Assembly (NCBI GenBank): GCA_943788985.1
Contig: CALSSJ010000031.1
Span: 5,411 to 69,410 of the forward strand
Source of the DNA: an uncultured Lentisphaerales bacterium
Lineage (GTDB): Bacteria; Verrucomicrobiota; Lentisphaeria; JABSQK01; UBA12247
Length of the DNA: 64,000 nucleotides
Direction: 5' to 3'
Positions 1 to 9,739 of this stretch are shown piece after piece (position 1 is the stretch's first letter; each line of letters starts with the position of its first letter). The translations under genes and the position numbers were made by a program. Under the pieces are notes generated by a model that saw nothing but the letters and a program-made list of their open reading frames with translations, made no database searches and was not told the origin of the DNA.

Positions 1-2
1 CA

Positions 3-320
3 TGGACGAATACCGACGGCACCGGTCACTATGTGCCCATTCAGACAGCTGCTCCGCTACAGGGAGTCTGGCTTTTCCTGCGAGCCCCCATCGACCGCGT
101 CGTGCATGGCACCCCCGCATTTTCCAGCCAGGTCCATTTATCCGCCGGTTGGAATCTCACCGGCACGCGCGCGCAGATCTCCGCCGCGAGGGTCAGTGGC
201 GACGTCGGCAGCATCTGGTCATGGACCGGGAATCGTTTTCAGGTACCCAAGCTATTGGCCCCTGGCAAGGGCTACTGGTTTCATGCCGAAGCCGACACCG
301 ACGTTGAGCTTGGCGACTAG
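3..320 (+). CDS. 3' end of a secreted-protein gene (5'-partial, runs off window start); product unknown
   Basis: The frame of ORF 33..320 stays open to the window edge. It has a natural-looking tail ...HLSAGWNLTG...IWSWTGNRFQVPKLLAPGKGYWFHAEADTDVELGD*. The other + frames here are Arg/Pro/Ser-rich shadows. Confidence 0.35.
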   Translation, partial: WTNTDGTGHYVPIQTAAPLQGVWLFLRAPIDRVVHGTPAFSSQVHLSAGWNLTGTRAQISAARVSGDVGSIWSWTGNRFQVPKLLAPGKGYWFHAEADTDVELGD

Positions 321-440
321 GCTGGCCCGCCCGCTCTTGGGCTGGCGTCGGAATCCGACTCTAGAGATCCCCCGGGAAATCTGGATCAGGCGCGCGTGCT
401 GTGCGGGGCCATTCTCCCAGAACTCAGCGCGCTTGCTGAA

Positions 441-1261
441 CTATTTAGAATTGGCCTCGCCGTTTATCGTTCCGCTTTCGTAGTCCCACAGGGTGCCATG
501 CAGTGAGTCTGAGGCGTCCCGCCCCTCGAAGGTATCGAGTGCGTAGATGTACTCCGCGTGTCCGTCAGCCATCTGGAAGTTCAGCTTTGTTTGGCGGTGC
601 CAGACAGGTTCCAAGTCCCGAACTGCCACGTGGACGCCTTGGCCACTGCGGAGAGGCAGGCCTGCCTGGTGAGCGCATCTGCTGTCACTGCCCGCCCGAG
701 AACAATGGGCGCCAGGGCGCCGCTTGTGATCGTTACCTCTCTCGGGGGAGGGGCTTACCGTGATTACAAAGTGCGTAGACTGGTCGGTAGCCAGAGCCAG
801 ATCCTGGGTGGCCTGTGCCCAGATAAATGTGCCCCTGCCCCTCCACGCCAATAAAAGTCGCGCCTTCCGTCAACAGATGAACCCAGACATTACAGGGCAA
901 TGGCGTCTCGCTCTCCAAACCGAACCAGATGCCGGCTCGCGAGCTTCCAGCCAGCCTTCTCTTCGGCGTGAGTGAGGGCGAACGAAGTTTCCTGCGTGCC
1001 CGAAGTGCCGATGGTCTCGGTTGCCCCATGCAACCGGGCACCGATGCCTTACCCAAAGAGCCTATACCTCGCGGATGTAATCTTCCCGTCCTGCAGCGAC
1101 CACTGGTAGAGCGGCATGGGCTGGTAGCCGGGACCGATGCCGAGTCGATTCGTCTCATCCGCCGAACTGTTGCCAGTAATCCGGAACCAGAGCGCGATTG
1201 CGAGCCGTTGCCCGATAGCGGTTAGGGGCTTCCCTACGGCCTTCAACGGCCTGCGTCCCAC
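441..1261 (-). pseudogene. Degraded LamG-like / H-X9-DG-type gene remnants spread over three frames
   Basis: Consecutive minus ORFs 1049..1261, 733..1158 and 441..851 lie in three different frames. Each has natural-looking segments: ...QRLAIALWFRITGNSS..., ...NVWVHLLTEGATFIGVEGQGHIYLG..., ...NFQMADGHAEYIY... No single frame is intact. Confidence 0.3.
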
Positions 1262-2004
1262 CGACTCCAGTTGAAATTCCAGCCGGTAGGATCTCGAAAA
1301 TCATCCGAGTCAGTCCGCTGAAAATTCTCCAGCAACGGCGTGAAACTGGTGTGTCCGTCGACATAGAGAATATTGGAATTGTGGCCGTCATGCATATTCG
1401 ATTTTTCATGGAAGCGGTGAGGCGTGGTGGCGCTTCCGTTGGTGCGGCCCATGTATTTCCCATCAATCCGAAGCTCCACCAAGACCGGCGTTGTGGTGGC
1501 GCGCACGATCTGCTCCACTTTACGGCTGTATCCATCGGCCACGGAATCTACACCTGAGATCCCCACTTTCAGCGAGCTACCAGGCTCGTAGGACGTGATG
1601 TAGTAGTGGCGCAAGTGTTCGTTATTCGGCGCCCAGTCACCTTCAAGGTTCAGCATAGTCGGGCACTCGTAGAGCTTCATCGGGACTCCCGACGTGCGAT
1701 AAATATAGGGGTGCTCTCGCCAAAACTGCGTCATGGTTTCGCGACCGTCGTATCCCGACAGCAGGTCATCCCAAGTGACCTCACCTGCCCCATCATTCCA
1801 ACCACCGGGGTACCTGCCGTCGAAATCGTCGAGGTACATTGCAAGCCCAAGACCAAGTTGGCGCAGATTGTTGGCGCAAGTTGTGACGCGCCCTTTTTCG
1901 CGCGCTTTGGACAAGGCCGGTAACAACAACGAGGCTAAAATGCCAATGATCGCAATCACGACTAACAACTCAATGAGAGTGAAAGGATCCCTACGCAATG
2001 CCAT
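1243..2004 (-). CDS. Prepilin-type N-terminal cleavage/methylation domain protein (DUF1559 / H-X9-DG pseudopilin-like)
   Basis: The ATG at 2004 gives [39 protein letters not shown] (a class III signal/methylation motif). The C-terminus has ...[14 protein letters not shown]..., an H-X9-DG motif. The ORF-track start at 2046 is probably too long. Confidence 0.85.
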   Translation of the reverse strand: MALRRDPFTLIELLVVIAIIGILASLLLPALSKAREKGRVTTCANNLRQLGLGLAMYLDDFDGRYPGGWNDGAGEVTWDDLLSGYDGRETMTQFWREHPYIYRTSGVPMKLYECPTMLNLEGDWAPNNEHLRHYYITSYEPGSSLKVGISGVDSVADGYSRKVEQIVRATTTPVLVELRIDGKYMGRTNGSATTPHRFHEKSNMHDGHNSNILYVDGHTSFTPLLENFQRTDSDDFRDPTGWNFNWSRWDAGR

Positions 2005-2426
2005 GTCCTCAATCCGGTTACAAAGGGATGGGAACGGTCGTCCCAACTACCCTTACCTTAGCCACAGAGGCACCAGCGTCAAGAGCTTAAGCACAATTCT
2101 GCTCACCTGAGCAGCACGCGTCAGCCAAAACTGCTCGCCGCCGTTCGGCGCAGGGATACCGCAGGCCTAGGAATTCTGCACGTGGCCGACGCCTAGGTGT
2201 GTTTGCTCCCCACACAGCGGCCGCCCCAAAATTCATCTGGAAGGAGGCCAAATCGTCTTGGTAAATCCGTCGGGATTAGCAGCCTGTGGATCACCCGCCA
2301 TCGCGAGAGTGAGCCATTCTGCCACGCACCGCGAAGCTTTAGCCCCATCGCTAAGGCGCAGGAAGCCGGTTAGGCAGGCGTTCACTAAGGGCCGCTCGGG
2401 CCAGGGGCGAGTTTAGCTCCGGGCTG

Positions 2427-3128
2427 TTACCGCAGCAGATTAAACTTCACGATATAAAAGAAGGCTTTGACGCCATCGCGCCAGCCAATCTTCTTGCCCT
2501 CATCAAACCGACGCGCGTTGTAGCTGATCGGCACTTCGTAAATCCGACAATTCATCTTGGCTAGCTTGGCGGTCAACTCGGGCTCAAAGCCAAAGCAGTT
2601 ACACTCGATGTCAATCTTTTTGAAGATGTCCGTCCGCATCATCTTGTAGCATGTCTCCATGTCGGTCAGATGCAGATTAGACAGCAAGTTCGAGAAGGTC
2701 GTCAGGATCTTGTTCCCCATGTAATGCCAGAAGGTATCAACCAGCAACTCGGAGCCAGAGTAGCGGCTCCCATAGACCACGTCGGCTCGATCCTCTTGGA
2801 TGGGCTTGAACAGCCGCGGCAATTCCTCCGGGGAGTACTCGAGGTCCGCATCCTGAATGATCACCACATCACTTGTCAGGTGCTTCTGCGCGGTGCGTAT
2901 TCCGGCTCCCTTACCCTGATTCTTCTGATGATGAAACACGCGAACGCGGGGATTGTCGACCTTGTCCAAGATCTCCTTTGTCCCGTCGCTTGACGCGTCA
3001 TTGACGACCACAATCTCGGTGACCTCTGAGATCGCCAGCAGGCTGTCAATCACAGTTTGTACCGTGCTCACTTCGTTGTACACCGGGACGATGACCGACA
3101 GACTGAGCTTTTTCTTTTCGTCCGACAT
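2427..3128 (-). CDS. Glycosyltransferase family 2 (polyprenol-phosphate sugar transferase-like)
   Basis: Shows LSVIVPVYNEVSTV..., VVNDASSDGT..., IIQDADLEY (the DxD region) and the typical GT-A fold order. Length 233 aa. Confidence 0.85.
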   Translation of the reverse strand: MSDEKKKLSLSVIVPVYNEVSTVQTVIDSLLAISEVTEIVVVNDASSDGTKEILDKVDNPRVRVFHHQKNQGKGAGIRTAQKHLTSDVVIIQDADLEYSPEELPRLFKPIQEDRADVVYGSRYSGSELLVDTFWHYMGNKILTTFSNLLSNLHLTDMETCYKMMRTDIFKKIDIECNCFGFEPELTAKLAKMNCRIYEVPISYNARRFDEGKKIGWRDGVKAFFYIVKFNLLR

Positions 3129-3131
3129 ATG

Positions 3132-4412
3132 TCAGCCCTCGAGCGAAAGCAGCAGTGGATTCTCCAGCGCCTGGCAAATCCAGCGCAGAAAGCGCGCACC
3201 GTCGGCCCCGTCGATCACGCGATGATCGTAGGAAAGTGCGAGAGGCATCGCGGTGGTAGGCTGCGGCTGCCCGTCGACCCAGATCGTTTGCTGTTGTGAG
3301 CGGGCCACGCCCAGAATCGCCACTTCTGGCCAATTCACGATCGGCGTGAAACCTGTGCCACCGATACCGCCCAGGTTGGAAATGGTAAAGGTACCGCCCT
3401 GCATGTCGCTGAGCGGAGTCTTGCCCGTACGAGCCCGTGCGGAAATCTCGGTCAGGGCCACGGCAATGCCTAGGACGCCAAGCTGATCTGCATTCTTCAC
3501 CACCGGAACGATCAAGCCACGGGGCGTATCGACAGCAATGCCGATATTGCAGTACTTCTTGTAAATCACGCTCTGCGTCGACATATCGACACTGCTATTG
3601 AACGCGGGAAACTTTCGCAGGGCAGTGGCAACGACTTTGACCAGAATCGCCGTCACAGTCAGCTTTGCCCCATGTGCTTCGGCGATCTTAGCCAGTGACT
3701 TGCGATAGCGCTCGAGATCCGACACGTCAGCCTGATCAAACTGCGTGACGTGCGGAACGGTGGTCCAGCAGCGCGCCAGATGCGTGGCAGCAGTACGACG
3801 CAGATTGGACATGGCTTCGACCTCGATCTCACCCCAATTCGCGAAGTCCGGCAGCGGCTGTGACGGTAAGCTGGGACCGCCTGTCGCCTGCGTCTGCCGG
3901 GATAATGCCTTGATGTCATCTCCCGTGATTCGCCCACCTGGGCCGGTGCCCTCTGCCTGCGTCACGTCTACACCGATCTCACGCGCAAAGCGCCGGACCG
4001 ACGGTGCCGCGGGCACAGCGGCAGGATCGCATGCCGGTACTGCGGCGGCAAGCGGCGTCGCCGGCTTCCCAGATGCGGGCTTGGCAGGTGCTCTCGGGGG
4101 CTTTGGTGCCTTTGCGGCCTCCGCTGGCGCGGGCGCTGCGGCTGCAGTGGGAGTGGGCTTTGCTGCCGCTCCCTCCTTTGCCTCTACCGACATCACGAGT
4201 GCGCCGACATCGATCTTGGCCCCGGATTCTACATGAATCGCGGTAACGGTCCCGGCCACAGTGCTCGGGACCTCCATGGATGCTTTGTCGGTTTCCAACT
4301 CAAGAATAGGCTGGTCAATCTCAATCGCCTCGCCTGCTTCGACGAGAATCGAGGTAATTTGCGCGGAGTTAACGCCCTCCCCTAACGCGGGGCAGAAAAT
4401 CTCAATGGCCAT
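3132..4412 (-). CDS. aceF: Dihydrolipoamide acetyltransferase, E2 component of pyruvate dehydrogenase
   Basis: Has an N-terminal lipoyl domain (...LELETDKASMEVPS...), an Ala/Pro-rich linker and an E3-binding segment (PSVRRFAREIGVD). The C-terminal catalytic motif is ...LSYDHRVIDGADGARF... It lies immediately downstream of E1. Confidence 0.92.
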   Translation of the reverse strand: MAIEIFCPALGEGVNSAQITSILVEAGEAIEIDQPILELETDKASMEVPSTVAGTVTAIHVESGAKIDVGALVMSVEAKEGAAAKPTPTAAAAPAPAEAAKAPKPPRAPAKPASGKPATPLAAAVPACDPAAVPAAPSVRRFAREIGVDVTQAEGTGPGGRITGDDIKALSRQTQATGGPSLPSQPLPDFANWGEIEVEAMSNLRRTAATHLARCWTTVPHVTQFDQADVSDLERYRKSLAKIAEAHGAKLTVTAILVKVVATALRKFPAFNSSVDMSTQSVIYKKYCNIGIAVDTPRGLIVPVVKNADQLGVLGIAVALTEISARARTGKTPLSDMQGGTFTISNLGGIGGTGFTPIVNWPEVAILGVARSQQQTIWVDGQPQPTTAMPLALSYDHRVIDGADGARFLRWICQALENPLLLSLEG

Positions 4413-4445
4413 ATGTCTCTGTTCCTTCGCTTACGTTTATGGGGG

Positions 4446-7112
4446 TCAAGCAATCCGCGGATTGAGCTTGTCCGCATCAATCTTCAGTGCCTCGCGAGCA
4501 GCCAAGAGAGACTCCGTGTCTCCCACACCTTGCTGTTTGAGCAGGTAGAGCGCGCTGTAGCTGATAAACCGCTCGTCGACTTCGAAATGGTCGCGAAGCG
4601 CTTCGCGAGTATCGCTTCGGCCCCAGCCGTCCGTCCCTAAGGCAACGTACGGGAGCGTGAGCCACGGGCCAACGCCGTCAGGCAGCACCTTCATATAGTC
4701 TGAAGTCGCCACGATCACGCCCTCCTCGCCATCCAGTGCCTTGACAATGTACGGGACGCGCGCCTCCTCACCGGGATGCAGCCGATTCCAACGCTCACAA
4801 TCCTGCGCATCGCGCCGAAGCTCCGTGTAGCTGGTTACGCTCCAGACATCCACTGCAACCTTGTGCTCGGCCTCCAGTAAATCTGCGGCGATCAGCACGT
4901 GGGTCATCAAGGCACCACTACCAAAAAGGTGCACCTTGTTCTTGCGCTTCTTAGTGGATTTCCGGTACTTGTAGATGCCGTTTAGGATGCCAGCATCGAC
5001 GCCCTCCGGCTTCGCAGGCTGCACATCAGTCTGGTTGCCGACGGTCAGGTAGTACAGGCACGGCTCGCCGTCGTAGTACATGCGCCTAATGCCATCGCGA
5101 ATCAACACGCCAAGCTCGTAGGCAAAGCTGGGGTCGTAGGCCACAACGTTGGGGATGGTGCTGGCCAGCACATGACTATGCCCATCTTCGTGCTGCAAAC
5201 CTTCGCCGTTGAGCGTAGTCCTGCCAGCAGTACCGCCGATCATAAACCCGCGAATTCGCGCGTCACCGGCCAACCAGACCAAATCTCCAATCCGCTGGAA
5301 GCCGAACATCGAGTAGTAGATGAAGAAGGGAATCGTATTTATCCCGTATGTGGAATACGCACTTCCGGCGGCAATAAATGTAGACATTGACCCTGCTTCG
5401 GTGATGCCTTCTTCAAATAGCTGACCATCCGTCGCTTCCTTATAGAAGACCAGCTGGTCAGAATCCACTGGCTCGTACTGCTGCTCGATGTGCGAATAGA
5501 TACCGCATTGACGGAACAGACCTTCCATCCCGAAGGTACGCGCTTCATCGGGCACAATCGGCACGATCAGCTTGCCCACTTCCTTGTCACGGAGCAACCG
5601 CGAGAGAATGCGCACGAAGGCCATGGTCGTGGAAATCGCCCGACCATTTGAGCCACCGTCAAACTCGTCAAACGACTTCACGGACGGCACAGGCAACTGT
5701 GGTGCGAGCACCGAGCGACTTGGTACGTACCCGCCCAGCGCTTGTCGGCGCTCGTGCAAATAGCGCATCTCGGGGCTGTCTTCCGGCGGACGGTAGAACG
5801 GTGCCTCGGCGACGTCCTTATCCGGGATCGGTATCTGAAAACGGCGACGAAACTCGTGCAGCTCTTCTTCGTTCAGTTTCTTTTGGTTGTGCGAGATATT
5901 CTTGCCCTCGCCTGCCTCACCAAGGCCATAGCCCTTGATGGTCTTGGCCAACACCACAGTCGGACGACCGTCTTCGACAATCGCAGCCTGATAGGCAGCG
6001 AAGACTTTCGCCGGATCATGCCCGCCACGGCGCAGCGTCTGCAACTCATGGTCGGATAGATGTTCCACCATCTTCAACAGTTCTGGATGCTTGCCAAAGA
6101 AATGCTGGCGAATGTACTCCCCAGACTCGACAGAATACTTCTGGTAGGCACCATCGACAACCTCGCCCAAGCGATTCACCAGCAAATTGTGGTCATCGCG
6201 AGCCAGTAGCGGATCCCAGTCCGACCCATGGATCACCTTCACCACATTCCAGCCAGCACCGCGGAACGCTGCCTCCAATTCCTGGATGATCTTGCCGTTG
6301 CCGCGGACCGGCCCGTCCAGACGCTGGAGATTGCAGTTGATTACAAAAACTAGATTGTCCAGCTTCTCCCGGGACGCCAGCGTAATCGCGCCAAGTGTCT
6401 CCGGCTCATCCGTCTCACCGTCTCCGAGGAACGCCCAGGTCCTACCGCCATTGCGCGGCTTCAAGCCACGGTCTTCCAAATAGCGCATGTAGCGAGCGTG
6501 GTAGATCGCGGTGATCGGCCCCAAGCCCATGGAAACTGTGGGAAACTGCCAGAAATCGGGCATCAACCATGGATGCGGATAGGAGCTCAACCCACCGCCG
6601 GGCGCGAGTTCACGCCGAAAGTTCTCAAGACGCCGTTCATCCAGGCGCCCTTCTACGAAAGCACGCGCATAGATTCCCGGAGACGCATGCCCCTGGAAAT
6701 AGATCTGATCCCCAGCGTAGTCGTCTGTCCGGGCACGAAAAAAATGATTAAAGCCCACTTCGTACAACGTGGCCGCTGACGCGAAAGTGGAAATATGTCC
6801 GCCAATACCAGGCGCCTTCGAGTTGGCTCGCACGACCATGGCCATGGCGTTCCAGCGCACGATGCTCTTGATCCGACGCTCGATATCGCGATCTCCGGGA
6901 AACTCCGGTTGCTCATGAACGGGGATTGTGTTGACGTACGGTGTGTTCGCTGAAAACGGCGTTTGAACGCCGTGCTTCTTGGCGTGGAACTGTAACTGCC
7001 GAAGCAGATGAATGGCACGTTCCGGCCCTTGGTTTGCGATAACCCAATCAAGCGAGTCAATCCACTCGCGATCTTCGTACTCCTGTTCAGACATGCGGTG
7101 ATGTATCGACAT
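4446..7112 (-). CDS. aceE: Pyruvate dehydrogenase E1 component, homodimeric (AceE type)
   Basis: 888 aa. Has the TPP-binding region ...WAFLGDGETDEPETLGA..., plus ...YFQGHASPGIYARAFVEGRL... Size and layout are typical of AceE. Confidence 0.95.
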   Translation of the reverse strand: MSIHHRMSEQEYEDREWIDSLDWVIANQGPERAIHLLRQLQFHAKKHGVQTPFSANTPYVNTIPVHEQPEFPGDRDIERRIKSIVRWNAMAMVVRANSKAPGIGGHISTFASAATLYEVGFNHFFRARTDDYAGDQIYFQGHASPGIYARAFVEGRLDERRLENFRRELAPGGGLSSYPHPWLMPDFWQFPTVSMGLGPITAIYHARYMRYLEDRGLKPRNGGRTWAFLGDGETDEPETLGAITLASREKLDNLVFVINCNLQRLDGPVRGNGKIIQELEAAFRGAGWNVVKVIHGSDWDPLLARDDHNLLVNRLGEVVDGAYQKYSVESGEYIRQHFFGKHPELLKMVEHLSDHELQTLRRGGHDPAKVFAAYQAAIVEDGRPTVVLAKTIKGYGLGEAGEGKNISHNQKKLNEEELHEFRRRFQIPIPDKDVAEAPFYRPPEDSPEMRYLHERRQALGGYVPSRSVLAPQLPVPSVKSFDEFDGGSNGRAISTTMAFVRILSRLLRDKEVGKLIVPIVPDEARTFGMEGLFRQCGIYSHIEQQYEPVDSDQLVFYKEATDGQLFEEGITEAGSMSTFIAAGSAYSTYGINTIPFFIYYSMFGFQRIGDLVWLAGDARIRGFMIGGTAGRTTLNGEGLQHEDGHSHVLASTIPNVVAYDPSFAYELGVLIRDGIRRMYYDGEPCLYYLTVGNQTDVQPAKPEGVDAGILNGIYKYRKSTKKRKNKVHLFGSGALMTHVLIAADLLEAEHKVAVDVWSVTSYTELRRDAQDCERWNRLHPGEEARVPYIVKALDGEEGVIVATSDYMKVLPDGVGPWLTLPYVALGTDGWGRSDTREALRDHFEVDERFISYSALYLLKQQGVGDTESLLAAREALKIDADKLNPRIA

Positions 7113-7390
7113 CTTTTCTCCACTCGTTTTGGGCTCCTGCTACCACTCAAACCAGGGTGCGGAAGGAGCGGGACGAACCGCGGACATTAGCGCAGTTACC
7201 CTCATGTTCAATCAGATCCGAGGTCCCCACTTTCCAAGAGTACGCGGGGCCTACCTGAATCTGCAGCGAAATCGCCCAGTTGGCACCATTGCTTGGCCCG
7301 CTTCCTTTTTACAGGTTCCACTCACGTCTTCCACCCGCCAATTCTGGCACTCGATGGTCTACTTCTCGTGACGCCCTCGATCAGGGATGC

Positions 7391-8488
7391 CTATCGATTG
7401 CCGAGGTCCTGCACCCATGCCTTCAGCTTCGGTGCGAGCTCCGCAGACTTCTCCTTGTCGGACGCAACCTCCACATACAACTTGTAGAGCGCAAAAAACG
7501 CCTGCCGGAAAATGTCCAATTGCATGACTCTCTCCATGAACCGGCTGTCGCTATCCAGCGCCTCACCCGTATCTGGGAGCTTCATCCCCTTGAACGCGAA
7601 GGTGTCCGCATCCAACGTGCAGGTCCAGACATCCTGATCCCGGGCAATGATCACTGATGCCAGCCGCAGGCGCTTGCCCACAGACATCGCGGCCTTTGCC
7701 TCAGCGCTGCGCGTTGGCGTTCCCTTGCGGGCGACCGATTCCAGTGCACCTGGGCCCTCCGCAGCGAAGGTAAGCGGACCGTCAATCATCACGCCAAATT
7801 CACCGAGATCGCCCACTTCAAAAGTGCCCTTCTGCGTATCTTGGTAATACCAGATCCAAGTGAGAAAGTCGCGGCCGAAATAGCCGTCAGGATCGAGCTG
7901 CACTTCCGGCGAAAACGTCATCGGCAGAAAGGTATCAGGATTTACGCCGAACTCGATTTCAGAGGCAAACTCTGGCGTCAACGGCACTGGCTCAATCTTC
8001 TGGGCTTCGTAGAAGTGCTCGAGAAAGGTGTCGACCTGCTTCACGCTTGTCGCCCCCAGATACATGAGCCCGCGGTTCTGATCGACCACAAACGGAATCC
8101 CGGAAACGGTCGGTGGCATATCAGGCAGCAGAAAGTCCGTTACCTCGTCCTTGATCTCCTGCCGGACCTTTCGCGGCACGAAGTCGGCATCTTTATCGGC
8201 CATATATGCCAACTCTCGAATTCGGCACTCGGCCTTGAATAGGGACGAAGGGATGCGGCGCACGGCGGATTGCAGGCAAAGGTGCAGATGCCCGCCGGCC
8301 TTGGCCGTGTGTTCTTCGATATTGGTGTCGAGCAAATGCCGTCCCGTAACCCAGCCGAATCTCGGCTCATCGGTCACCGTCTCCAGAGAACGTGCTGCGT
8401 GTGCGGCAAAGCCGTCTACCACCTCATCAGGCAAATCTCGCGCAAGCTTGCAGATCGTAAACGATATTGTTCCAGCATCGAACGGCAT
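7391..8488 (-). CDS. RdgC-like recombination-associated protein (divergent)
   Basis: 365 aa. The segment ...FVPRKVRQEIKDEVTDFLLPDMPPTVSGIPFVVD... resembles the conserved RdgC core recalled from E. coli (...RKQLRELKEQVTDELLPRAF...). The N-terminus MPFDAGTISFTICKL resembles the RdgC start. The match is from memory only. Confidence 0.5.
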   Translation of the reverse strand: MPFDAGTISFTICKLARDLPDEVVDGFAAHAARSLETVTDEPRFGWVTGRHLLDTNIEEHTAKAGGHLHLCLQSAVRRIPSSLFKAECRIRELAYMADKDADFVPRKVRQEIKDEVTDFLLPDMPPTVSGIPFVVDQNRGLMYLGATSVKQVDTFLEHFYEAQKIEPVPLTPEFASEIEFGVNPDTFLPMTFSPEVQLDPDGYFGRDFLTWIWYYQDTQKGTFEVGDLGEFGVMIDGPLTFAAEGPGALESVARKGTPTRSAEAKAAMSVGKRLRLASVIIARDQDVWTCTLDADTFAFKGMKLPDTGEALDSDSRFMERVMQLDIFRQAFFALYKLYVEVASDKEKSAELAPKLKAWVQDLGNR

Positions 8489-8599
8489 GGATAAAACTCC
8501 TCAGAATCCTGCGAAAAAACAACTACCATTCATCGAAGCCGCGCCACTTGCGATTCACAACGCGAAATTTGGCAAGCAGCGGTCGAGCAGCAGCCGAGC

Positions 8600-9658
8600 T
8601 CAAGCGCCATGGCGCTCCTTCAGGATAGACTCGCTCACCTCAATCAAGCGATCGATCTCCGCATCTGTGCCAATCGAGATTCGCACGAATGCGCCTGTGA
8701 TAAAGCCCGGGAAGTGCCTGACTATGATCGCGGCATCGCGCAAGCCCGCACAGTACTCGAGGGCCTCAAACGGCGGTTTGACGAATAAGAAGTTCGCGTC
8801 TGACTTCAACACCGCGAAGCCAAGCTCCCGCAATGACTGCGTGAGCCGCTCCCGGGTTTCTCGCACACGTCCGACATTCTCCGCCAACGTTTTCTGGTCC
8901 CGCAACGCGGCCACTGCCAGCGCCTGGGTGATTGCATTGACATTGTAGGAGTCCTTCACCTTCGCGAGTTGGCGTATGACACTTGCCGCCGCATAGGCAT
9001 ACCCAAGTCGAATCCCAGCCAGCGAGTACGCTTTGGACAGCGTCCGCGTGACCACGCAGTTCAAATGCGTGCGGACCAAGCCGGTTGCGTTCACATCTGC
9101 GAAGTCCGCATACGCCTCATCTACAACGACCAGACCATCAAACTCTCGGCACCACTCTGCAATCCGCTCATGATCCAGCGACGCGCCGATGGGCGCATTC
9201 GGGCTGGTTAGCACCACTAACGAGGCCCGACCAACCAAGTCCGGCCGGAACTTTGGCAACGAGAAATCTTCCTCCACTGGAATCCGTTGCAGGCACGAAC
9301 CCTGAATCTGCGCCAGCACCGGATACAACGAATAACTCGGTTCCAGACAGGCGACCACGTCGCCCTGATCCACACACGCCCGGATTAGAATCGTAAGAAT
9401 ATCGTCACTGCCATTTCCAACCAGGATCTCATCCGGCTCTCCGCCCACCACTTCGGCGGCCGCCTCGCGCACCAGGCGCGCAGAAGGATCTGGATAACGG
9501 TTGAGGAACCATTTGTTTTTTTGTAATATTGCTAGAACGTCTGGGCTCGGGGGATACGGATTTTCATTCGTATTCAGCTTGACGATGTTGGCCACCGCTG
9601 GCTGCTCCCCAGGTACGTAGCCAGCCATTTCTTCAACCGTACTGCGAAAATAACTCAT
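8600..9658 (-). CDS. hisC: Histidinol-phosphate aminotransferase
   Basis: Homology begins at MSYFRSTVEEMAGYVPGEQP...VKLNTNENPYPPSP (ATG at 9658). It carries the PLP Lys context ...TLSKAYSLAGIRLGY... The 508-aa ORF-track version has a non-homologous 5' extension. Confidence 0.92.
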   Translation of the reverse strand: MSYFRSTVEEMAGYVPGEQPAVANIVKLNTNENPYPPSPDVLAILQKNKWFLNRYPDPSARLVREAAAEVVGGEPDEILVGNGSDDILTILIRACVDQGDVVACLEPSYSLYPVLAQIQGSCLQRIPVEEDFSLPKFRPDLVGRASLVVLTSPNAPIGASLDHERIAEWCREFDGLVVVDEAYADFADVNATGLVRTHLNCVVTRTLSKAYSLAGIRLGYAYAAASVIRQLAKVKDSYNVNAITQALAVAALRDQKTLAENVGRVRETRERLTQSLRELGFAVLKSDANFLFVKPPFEALEYCAGLRDAAIIVRHFPGFITGAFVRISIGTDAEIDRLIEVSESILKERHGA

Positions 9659-9739
9659 TTGGACTCTCCTGAAGCAAAGAACACAGCGCCTCCCGCCGAC
9701 CGGCGAAGGATCGCACATGGCCGAACGGTGGTACTGCAG

